A DNA stretch of 13,970 nt, from positions 1-13,970 of the forward strand of contig CAZBPC010000078.1 of NCBI GenBank assembly GCA_964493715.1, in the 5' to 3' direction. Position 1 is the stretch's first letter. Every line of letters starts with the position of its first letter. This document shows, piece by piece, positions 7,985 through 13,970 of the stretch. This DNA is from an uncultured archaeon (GTDB lineage: Archaea > Asgardarchaeota > Lokiarchaeia > Sigyniarchaeales > SOKP01). Both the position numbers and the translations under genes were made by a program. The notes beneath the pieces were generated by a model, which had not been told where the DNA came from, made no database searches, and saw nothing but the letters and a program-made list of their open reading frames with translations.

Positions 7985-8078
7985 TGAAAACTATTAAAAT
8001 TTAACTCATTCTTATTGTATTTGGATAGTATCGCAATTAGTATGATTTTAATAAAAAATTTGTTTTCCACAAAAGGAA

Positions 8079-8834
8079 CTACGTATCATATCCTAGTTTA
8101 ATAGTAATTGAGATGGATTCATCGTAGGTTTGGCCTTCCACAATGCATTTAAAAGGCAATTCTTTTGATTGTAATAATTCAGTAAAATATCCCAACCAAT
8201 ATTCTGAATATCTTTTATTCTGTCTGTGGCGAAAAAGCATGTGGTATTCATCTTCAGTACTATGATTTATGTCGATTGAATAAAAATAGTTAGCAACAAC
8301 CCAAATTTTTTGGATCGTATGTATAACTTCTTCGAATGTTAAACTCTTCAAAGGTCTCGAATTATTATACCACATTATCAAATCAAGTGATACATTTTTC
8401 TTGAAAGGTTTATCCAAGGCTGTAGAAGGTTCAGCAGCAGCTCTAATTAATTGATTAAAGGTTGTTTTCCCAATCAACATCATTTTCATTTCATCGCGGG
8501 CACGAATCCATAAATCTCTATCAGCCTGCTTTAGATCATCATAATATTTTAATACTCTCTCTAGGAAAATAAAATCCGTTTCTTCTTGATTTTTATACTT
8601 TTCAATTATTCCTTGAGCTTCAGGAGACATGGAATTAAAATCATCATAAGATGTTATTGCATCACGAATTAAATTGGATATTGTTACTCCTAAATTCTTA
8701 TACTTGTCTATTATCATCCGAGTCGTGTCTGAAACTTTAACATAAATTGGTTTATCTTTCAATTCACTATCTAGAGCTTCTTCTTCATTTTCATCATCAT
8801 CTGTTTTTTTATTTTTTTCCAACTCATCGATCAT
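8079..8834 (-). CDS. Hypothetical protein, probable regulator: acidic N-terminus, ribbon-helix-helix-like segment, alpha/beta C-terminal domain
   Basis: 251-aa ORF with RBS GAGGT. KPIYVKVSDTTRMIIDKYKNLGVTISNLIRDAI fits the RHH pattern (alternating strand, helix, G-x-T/S-x-S-x-L-I-R-x-A-I). The ORF is secure; the function is inferred. Confidence 0.6.
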   Translation of the reverse strand: MIDELEKNKKTDDDENEEEALDSELKDKPIYVKVSDTTRMIIDKYKNLGVTISNLIRDAITSYDDFNSMSPEAQGIIEKYKNQEETDFIFLERVLKYYDDLKQADRDLWIRARDEMKMMLIGKTTFNQLIRAAAEPSTALDKPFKKNVSLDLIMWYNNSRPLKSLTFEEVIHTIQKIWVVANYFYSIDINHSTEDEYHMLFRHRQNKRYSEYWLGYFTELLQSKELPFKCIVEGQTYDESISITIKLGYDT

Positions 8835-9158
8835 CTTCGGCTTGATAACCTCTTTTTATTCAATGTATAATATGAATATATACAATTATATTTATAAATT
8901 TTCATCTTATTTTTAATTAGAGACAATAAAACACAAAATTCTTTACATTCATATATAGAATTATATACATTTTCTTGTAGAAATTTATCACAAAAAAATG
9001 GATTGATATATAGAAATATATATTTTAATTTATCTTTATCACTGATGATTTTATAATTTTATCGAATTTTCGAATCTTCACGAACATTTAAATATATTAG
9101 TATATTTTAATATATATAAGATTAAAAAAATAAAAAAAGAAATTAAAAAAAAATATCA

Positions 9159-9569
9159 ATGTCAAGAAATAATAACCCTGCTGGAGTAGTAATTGGACTA
9201 TTAGTATTTTTATACATTGGATTTGTATTTTTTATCCCTAGGATGGGCTTTTATCCAGTGTTTACTATTTTTCCAGGCATTTTCATATTAATTTTTATTG
9301 CATCAATGGCAACTATTATATCAAATAAAAGAAGTTCAACTGCTAATCGGGCTTTTAAGAATGAAAATCAAATAAATATTCAGAAACCAAATCCATATCG
9401 GGTTGAAAACCGATCTCAAGATCACCTTACAAACTCAAGCTATCAAAGAGTTGAAGAAGAAATTGAGGTAAAGCCAATCATTCGATTTTGTCAATATTGT
9501 GGGACTAGAATTGAAAGAGATTCAATGTTCTGCCACAATTGTGGGATTAAATTAGATTATGAGGTTTAA
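9159..9569 (+). CDS. Membrane protein with two N-terminal TM helices and a C-terminal zinc ribbon
   Basis: Two hydrophobic segments (aa ~9-27 and ~32-54), polar linker, then FCQYCG....DSMFCHNCG. Confidence 0.85.
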   Translation: MSRNNNPAGVVIGLLVFLYIGFVFFIPRMGFYPVFTIFPGIFILIFIASMATIISNKRSSTANRAFKNENQINIQKPNPYRVENRSQDHLTNSSYQRVEEEIEVKPIIRFCQYCGTRIERDSMFCHNCGIKLDYEV

Positions 9570-9608
9570 AATAGTTAAGTATCTATGAAATTGAATATCA
9601 GTATTCTC

Positions 9609-9688
9609 TAGGGGCGGAAGTCAACGCAGATAACGAACTTAATGTAAAATTGGATGTAGGGGTGGAAAATAGTATCGCCCCTGCTCCA
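9609..9688 (+). other. GC-rich intergenic hairpin with a duplicated 5' arm (candidate structured RNA)
   Basis: 9651-9665 pairs with 9675-9688 (14 bp, 3 G-U pairs, 1-nt bulge, 9-nt loop). TAGGGGCGG at 9609-9617 can pair with the same 3' arm. Confidence 0.45.
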
Positions 9689-9732
9689 TTAATATCAAAT
9701 AAATTATTAGAATTAATGAAAAAGGTGAAAAT

Positions 9733-9936
9733 ATGAGCATGAGCGAAAGTGTCACGAAAAAAGAAAAAGATAGAATCATATTATTTCACGGTGAAGATAT
9801 CCATTCCAAAAAATTTCAAAAAAGAATGCATAGGACGAGTAACTCTAGTTTATTTCGAGTCATTCTTATTAATGCTGCTTTGATAGTTAGTGTAATTATA
9901 ATCATTATACTGCTCGTGAATGCATTAGGATTATAA
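9733..9936 (+). CDS. Small hypothetical protein with one C-terminal TM helix (tail-anchored topology)
   Basis: RBS AGGTGA just upstream; basic N-terminal region, then VILINAALIVSVIIIIILLVNALGL-stop. Confidence 0.7.
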   Translation: MSMSESVTKKEKDRIILFHGEDIHSKKFQKRMHRTSNSSLFRVILINAALIVSVIIIIILLVNALGL

Positions 9937-10012
9937 TATTCCTTTCATAGTGAAGTAATTCAAATTTTAACAATACTCAATTTAGAGTCTTATCCTTTAT
10001 ATCTTGTTTAAA

Positions 10013-10435
10013 TTAACTAGCCCTTTTCGTCATTTTATCTTGAATATCTTGAACAAAATATTTTTCAATTTTACATTGAAATTTATCGAACTTTGAGGGA
10101 TCTATTTTCGGTTTAATTAATTCAGCTCGATATTCTTCTATAAATAAACTCTCAATTGTAGATAAACGAGCCTTAATTGTTTTCCTTTTGATTTTTGTAG
10201 AGCATTTCAATATAAAATAGAGCTTATAAATTGTATTATGATAAAAATTATAATTATATTCTCCTAAAGTAATATTATTAATATGGTCTTGACTATCTTC
10301 AATCATGCTTCTTGCAAATGTTTGAATTGTTTGGAAAAAACCACTAAGTAAGTCTGATTTAGACTTTTCCTCTGTTGAGAAGGTATATAAAGGTTTTCCT
10401 TCCCAATCAAGCACCCAAAATTCTTCAGCAATCAT
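10013..10435 (-). CDS. Longin-like domain protein (Asgard eukaryotic-signature type)
   Basis: FWVLDWEGKPLY (beta-hairpin), DLLSGFFQTIQTFA (helix), INNITLGEYNYNF...LYFIL (strands), L..I...FIEEY (helix), F..F...I. This is the beta-beta-alpha-beta-beta-beta-alpha-alpha longin order and the pattern common in Lokiarchaeia longin-like proteins. Confidence 0.75.
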   Translation of the reverse strand: MIAEEFWVLDWEGKPLYTFSTEEKSKSDLLSGFFQTIQTFARSMIEDSQDHINNITLGEYNYNFYHNTIYKLYFILKCSTKIKRKTIKARLSTIESLFIEEYRAELIKPKIDPSKFDKFQCKIEKYFVQDIQDKMTKRAS

Positions 10436-10659
10436 CTTTACTCTCTAGGGAACCATTTTTGATATGAAAATTATAATAATAGTCTTAGCTATATTATTTA
10501 AATATAAATATCCTCTAGCTTTTTCATAGAAAAAAAAGCAACTTATATTTAGATCATATTCTCGTTGGATTGGTAATTATTTTTTATGGCTTGAAAATTC
10601 TTCGCAAATTTTATAATAAATAGAATATCATAAAAATCAACATCTTTTTAGTGAAAAGC

Positions 10660-11337
10660 ATGATTGAATATATCTTTTTAATAATATTCTTCATTGTTAC
10701 AATAGTTGAAGTGTTTAGCGAATATAAGGACAATACTAAGATTGAATTTTTTACTAAACCACTATTAATGCCTTTACTAATTCTGTTTTATATTTTTGGC
10801 GTAATCGAAGGAGCTTCAATTGCTAAAGTTGATTGGCTAATAGTCGTTGCATTAATAGGTGGTTGGGCCGGGGATGTTCTCCTAATGCAAAAGGATCAAG
10901 AGAAATGGTTTTTATTTGGGATGGTGGCTTTCCTAATCAACCAAATCTTTTATATAATCTCATTTTTCTTATCCATATCTAACATCACTAACTTTAATGC
11001 TTGGGGATTTTACTTACTAGGACCAGTACTCTTAATTTTAATTTTTATGGTGCCGAGATTTATTAATAAAGCAGGTGAGATGAAAATTCCCGTGTTAGTA
11101 TATTTAGTCGCCATTTTGCTAATGCACATCTCTGCAATTCTAAGATTGGCAGAATTCCAAGGATTACCATTTATCTTAGTTTATGTCGGTTCGATTTCTT
11201 TCATATTTTCTGATGCGACAATAGCAGTAAATAAGTGGGATAAGGAAACCACCCAAGGACGTCCAATTATTATGACAACCTATCTTTTAGCCCAGTTCTA
11301 TATTACTTTAGGTGTATTATTTACTGCGTTATTATAA
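10660..11337 (+). CDS. yhhN: YhhN/TMEM86-family lysoplasmalogenase-like membrane protein
   Basis: About 8 TM helices; TKPLLMPLL, GDVLL, F..G...FL, FIFSDA.IA.NK and IMTTYLLAQ motifs. ATG 10660 preferred (GTG 10651 possible). Confidence 0.88.
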   Translation: MIEYIFLIIFFIVTIVEVFSEYKDNTKIEFFTKPLLMPLLILFYIFGVIEGASIAKVDWLIVVALIGGWAGDVLLMQKDQEKWFLFGMVAFLINQIFYIISFFLSISNITNFNAWGFYLLGPVLLILIFMVPRFINKAGEMKIPVLVYLVAILLMHISAILRLAEFQGLPFILVYVGSISFIFSDATIAVNKWDKETTQGRPIIMTTYLLAQFYITLGVLFTALL

Positions 11338-11453
11338 ATTAAAAAATAATAAACACACTTTTTTTTATTATCCCTTCTTAAAAATCTTCTAAAAATAACA
11401 ATACAAATTTTTGAAATGAGTTCTAAGTAAGAAAATTTTTAATTTAGCAATAA

Positions 11454-11461
11454 TTTATAAA
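11454..11461 (+). promoter_or_regulatory. TATA box of the tRNA-Thr/tRNA-Met unit
   Basis: TTTATAAA ending about 28 nt upstream of the tRNA-Thr 5' end, preceded by an A-rich BRE-like stretch. Confidence 0.6.
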
Positions 11462-11488
11462 ATAATACATAACAAACCTCTCATATCA

Positions 11489-11563
11489 GCCCTAGTAGCA
11501 TAGCGGTATTGCGTTGCCTTGGTAAGGCAAAGGTCGGGGGTTCAAATCCCCCCTGGGGCTCCA
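11489..11563 (+). tRNA. tRNA-Thr(GGT), intronless, CCA encoded
   Basis: Acceptor GCCCTAG/CTGGGGC; D arm GCAT-AGCGGTA-TTGC; anticodon arm TTGCC-TTGGTAA-GGCAA (GGT at 11521-11523); T arm GGGGG-TTCAAAT-CCCCC; discriminator T at 11560; CCA at 11561-11563. Confidence 0.97.
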
Positions 11564-11573
11564 TATTAACATT

Positions 11574-11713
11574 GCCGATGTAGCATAGGCTGGTTATTGC
11601 GCCAGACTCATAATCCTACTGAAAAATGGGTCAGACAGGATGTACTCTGGAGGTCGAGGGCTCGAATAGTCATTGGAACTGACTCCATTGACTTGAGTAT
11701 CCCTCCATCGGCA
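11574..11713 (+). tRNA. Elongator tRNA-Met(CAT) with two introns (32 nt in the anticodon loop, 33 nt at 59/60)
   Basis: Acceptor GCCGATG/CATCGGC with A73 at 11713. Anticodon stem CCAGA (11602-11606)/TCTGG (11646-11650), CAT at 11609-11611. T stem GAGGG (11656-11660)/CCCTC (11701-11705). Introns 11614-11645 (or 11613-11644) and 11667-11699. G1-C72 and no triple G-C anticodon stem argue against initiator; the GCC start favours Met over Ile2. Confidence 0.93.
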
Positions 11714-11725
11714 TTTTCTTTTTTT
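11714..11725 (+). terminator. Oligo-T terminator of the tRNA unit
   Basis: TTTTCTTTTTTT directly after the tRNA-Met discriminator. Confidence 0.65.
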
Positions 11726-11828
11726 AATTCTTATAATTAGGAAAAAAGTTTTCATTTGCTAACATTTCTCAAGTTTGAGATAACTATTTACTTGAAACTA
11801 AAAGATAAAAGAATATATAAAAAATAAT

Positions 11829-12587
11829 TCAAATCTTATTCCATTTCCAAGCAGTTGAAATTGCCCCCTGCCGACAAGTAGCAACGCAATTACCGCATAG
11901 AATGCACTCGACATTCTCCAGTGAACCTTCTTGCACCATAGCAGTGACATCAAGGCTCATTGGGCAAGATTTGGTACACAATTTGCATTGCGTGCATTTT
12001 TCCGTTTCAACTTCCAAGTGATAAGAAGGATATTTGAGTTTATTTTTTATTTTCGTTCCAATTATCATGAATGGTGCCATCCAACACACGTAATGGCATC
12101 CCGCTCGCTTTCCAGCAGCATAGGTTAATAGTAGCAACCCAAATACAACGGAAAGGTAAATTACGTAACTGCCTGGAGAGTCGACCGAGATACCTGACTC
12201 TGTAAGATGAAACATATTAATTGATTTGTATCCTCCCGCCATTATTGCAAAAGTTATGATGATTCCAATCCATGGAACCCAAATGAACCACTTGATAAGG
12301 TTTCGCTTTCCTCCTTTAGAAGTCTTATTATGAACCATTCCTCCAAATTCCATCAGACCTCCTCCCGGACATATGTATGCACAGAATGCCCTTCCGAAGA
12401 CTAGCGAGGTTAGGAATAGTCCAATAAATACTATAAAACTCCCATTAATAATGCCTTCCATTGCTCCATCAATGATAACATATGGAGAGAGATAATTTAG
12501 AGTTATTGGGAATAACATTAAAGAAATAAACAAAATTCCCTTTCTTAATTTCTGGTTTGGTTTTTTCATATTGTCGTTTGTTTTCAT
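11829..12587 (-). CDS. Membrane-bound 4Fe-4S binding protein (NapH/MauN/Fer4_5-like)
   Basis: Four TM helices; FGRAFCAYICPGG and RAGCHYVCWMAP motifs; C-terminal CTQCKLCTKSCP and CILCGNCVATC ferredoxin motifs. Confidence 0.9.
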   Translation of the reverse strand: MKTNDNMKKPNQKLRKGILFISLMLFPITLNYLSPYVIIDGAMEGIINGSFIVFIGLFLTSLVFGRAFCAYICPGGGLMEFGGMVHNKTSKGGKRNLIKWFIWVPWIGIIITFAIMAGGYKSINMFHLTESGISVDSPGSYVIYLSVVFGLLLLTYAAGKRAGCHYVCWMAPFMIIGTKIKNKLKYPSYHLEVETEKCTQCKLCTKSCPMSLDVTAMVQEGSLENVECILCGNCVATCRQGAISTAWKWNKI

Positions 12588-12608
12588 TTCAATTTTACCT
12601 CAACTTAT

Positions 12609-13253
12609 TTATTCCCTTGGTTTCAAGCCTTCACCGAGCATTTCAAATACAAAATCAACAATTTGTTTAGTAGTAATATTGAGATTTTCTAAGTTTTTCT
12701 CTCTACGAGTTAATTCTTTGATCAATCCACTAGTCAGAGTAGCTAAAGTAATCCCTATCATTATCGGATCTTTATCTGTACGTAATTTATTATTTTTGAT
12801 TGCTTCCACAATCACACCGACAAATAAATCTCGATATGCGTTGCTTTGTTCCAAGTACGCTTTTTCATTTGTAGTAAGTTCCTTTTTGGGTTTATTTGCA
12901 ATATCGAGAAATTTATCACCAATATGATGAAAAACCATGGCATAATCAGGAGCCCCTTTATAGAATTCGTGATATGCTTTTCCTACCGCCATAAGTTGTG
13001 CGATTCCTGGTTCTTCCCTTTTAATAAATTTTTTTGTTTTTTCAATGATCATTTGATAGGCTCTTATACCTAAAGTTAAATATATCTCATCTTTTGAGAG
13101 AAAGTATTTATAAACCGTTCCCTTACTAAACTCTGATTCTTCAGCGATTTGATCCATTGTTGTATCATCATATCCTTGAGAAAGAAATAATTTTTCAGCT
13201 TTTTGAAGGATAAAATCCTTTCTTTGTTCTATTTCACGTTCTTTACGACTCAA
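12609..13253 (-). CDS. TetR/AcrR-family transcriptional regulator
   Basis: R...IL.KAEKLFLSQGYDDTTMDQIAEESEFSKGTVYKYFLSKDEI is a TetR HTH; TTG start; 21 nt from the downstream 4Fe-4S gene. Confidence 0.93.
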   Translation of the reverse strand: MSRKEREIEQRKDFILQKAEKLFLSQGYDDTTMDQIAEESEFSKGTVYKYFLSKDEIYLTLGIRAYQMIIEKTKKFIKREEPGIAQLMAVGKAYHEFYKGAPDYAMVFHHIGDKFLDIANKPKKELTTNEKAYLEQSNAYRDLFVGVIVEAIKNNKLRTDKDPIMIGITLATLTSGLIKELTRREKNLENLNITTKQIVDFVFEMLGEGLKPRE

Positions 13254-13268
13254 TGTTTTTTCACTTTA

Positions 13269-13364
13269 TTGACTAATAGTATTTTTTTAGACCAAGGGTC
13301 ATTACATAATTAAAGTTTATTTTCCTATATAAACTTTTGGTTCAAAAAATGACTATGAGTCATT
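13269..13364 (-). promoter_or_regulatory. tetR promoter (TATA box) flanked by three TGACY-N3-RGTCA-type candidate operators
   Basis: TTTATATA on - at 13326-13333. Perfect AATGACT-ATG-AGTCATT at 13348-13364; GACC-AAG-GGTC(ATT) at 13290-13303; degenerate TTGACT-AAT-AGTATT at 13269-13283. Confidence 0.75.
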
Positions 13365-13611
13365 ATTATTTTTAAAGCTTTTTGTCAAATTTAGAATAAT
13401 TAATGCTGTTTCGATAAAAAGATTGGATTTTCATATTTCCTAACTGAAAGCACTTTAAAAAATGAGTTAAATACATATAATTATGGTAATTTTCTTAAAA
13501 ATTTTGTATATCTTATGATTCAACTCAAAGTAATTCCCTATTTTAAAGATTTAGTGCCTCAAGAAAATTCAATAACACTATAAAATTAAAGAATAAATAT
13601 AGAAAAATTTT

Positions 13612-13970
13612 TCATACGATTTTTCTATGGGATAATAATTGATTTAGCCAATCATATACCCGTTGATATGGGTTTACGCCATCTATAGGTTCTGATACTG
13701 GTTCAGGTATATATAATACTTCAGAAATTGGTTCTGGTTTAGATTTATAAACATACTCTGGTTCATATACTGGTTCGACTGGTTGTACATATGCTGGTTC
13801 TGGTTCAGGTTCATAAACGGATTCCGGAGTCGTTGCGGGTTTATGCTTAGAGACAAACTCTGATTTTTTCTCTTCCTTTGGTTCAAAATTCCTATAAGTA
13901 ACTAATTGCGTTAACCATTGTCCCAGTCGTATATTTATGTCATCTATTAATATTTCTGGAGTGGCTTCTG
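13612..13970 (-). CDS. 3' end of a hypothetical protein with a Pro/Glu/Tyr/Val-rich repeat; 5' part outside the window
   Basis: Not in the ORF track. Open frame from 13968 to TGA at 13612-13614: EATPEILIDDINIRLGQWLTQLVTYRNFEPKEEKKSEFVSKHKPATTPESVYEPEPEPAYVQPVEPVYEPEYVYKSKPEPISEVLYIPEPVSEPIDGVNPYQRVYDWLNQLLSHRKIV*. Confidence 0.75.
   Translation of the reverse strand, partial: EATPEILIDDINIRLGQWLTQLVTYRNFEPKEEKKSEFVSKHKPATTPESVYEPEPEPAYVQPVEPVYEPEYVYKSKPEPISEVLYIPEPVSEPIDGVNPYQRVYDWLNQLLSHRKIV

Noticed and set aside
6702-8029. Shared 9-mer TTGGATAGT about 40 nt upstream of both tusA (6702-6710) and the DUF6786-like gene (8021-8029)
   Set aside because: Short, non-palindromic and only two copies; cannot be separated from chance without a genome-wide test.
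9651-9688. Hairpin considered as a SECIS element, tRNA 3' fragment (ends ...CTCCA), tmRNA or fluoride riboswitch
   Set aside because: No AUGA/GA quartet and no in-frame TGA in the upstream gene; no T-loop or cloverleaf; no tmRNA termini; the fluoride-riboswitch pseudoknot partner is missing.
9733-10435. Tail-anchored peptide next to a longin protein read as a split longin-SNARE
   Set aside because: The genes are convergent, not co-transcribed, and the peptide has no heptad SNARE motif.
7097-13073. Short ORFs 7097-7279, 11931-12128, 12571-12927 and 12846-13073
   Set aside because: Antisense shadows within longer, motif-bearing genes.
13683-13886. Asn/Gln-rich 67-aa ORF that looks prion-like
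   Set aside because: It is an alternative frame of the Glu-Pro repeat (GAA CCA read as AAC CAG); the longer frame 13612-13970 is the more plausible gene.
1-13970. CRISPR arrays, transposases, integrases, rRNA genes
   Set aside because: No regularly spaced repeats, no recognisable mobile-element ORFs or terminal repeats, and no rRNA-like sequence were seen.

Overview
AT-rich archaeal genomic window, most consistent with an Asgard archaeon (Lokiarchaeia-like). This rests on GGAGG/GGTGA ribosome-binding sites, TATA-box promoters, tRNA introns with bulge-helix-bulge (BHB) motifs, an archaeal-type SepF and a stand-alone longin-like protein; the taxon is an inference. Contents in order: (1) 5' part of sepF (-). 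(2) A four-gene + operon DUF35 / Ltp4-like / Ltp3-like / DUF35, in which both thiolase-fold proteins lack thiolase catalytic residues, so probably a heteromeric retro-aldolase. (3) A four-gene - operon tusA / dsrE-family / iscS / iscU. The IscS has Asp in place of the PLP-binding Lys, and the IscU is fused to a degenerate thioredoxin-reductase-like Rossmann domain. This is the best candidate for an undescribed, cysteine-independent Fe-S assembly relay. (4) Several hypothetical genes (DUF6786-like, RHH-type regulator, zinc-ribbon membrane protein, tail-anchored peptide, longin-like protein), a GC-rich two-state hairpin and a YhhN lysoplasmalogenase. (5) A tRNA-Thr(GGT) / tRNA-Met(CAT) pair; the Met gene has two introns (anticodon loop and T-loop) and an atypical C54. 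(6) A TetR / 4Fe-4S membrane protein pair with three candidate operators. (7) The 3' end of a gene with a Pro/Glu/Tyr repeat. Family assignments come from motif recognition only; no database searches were run.
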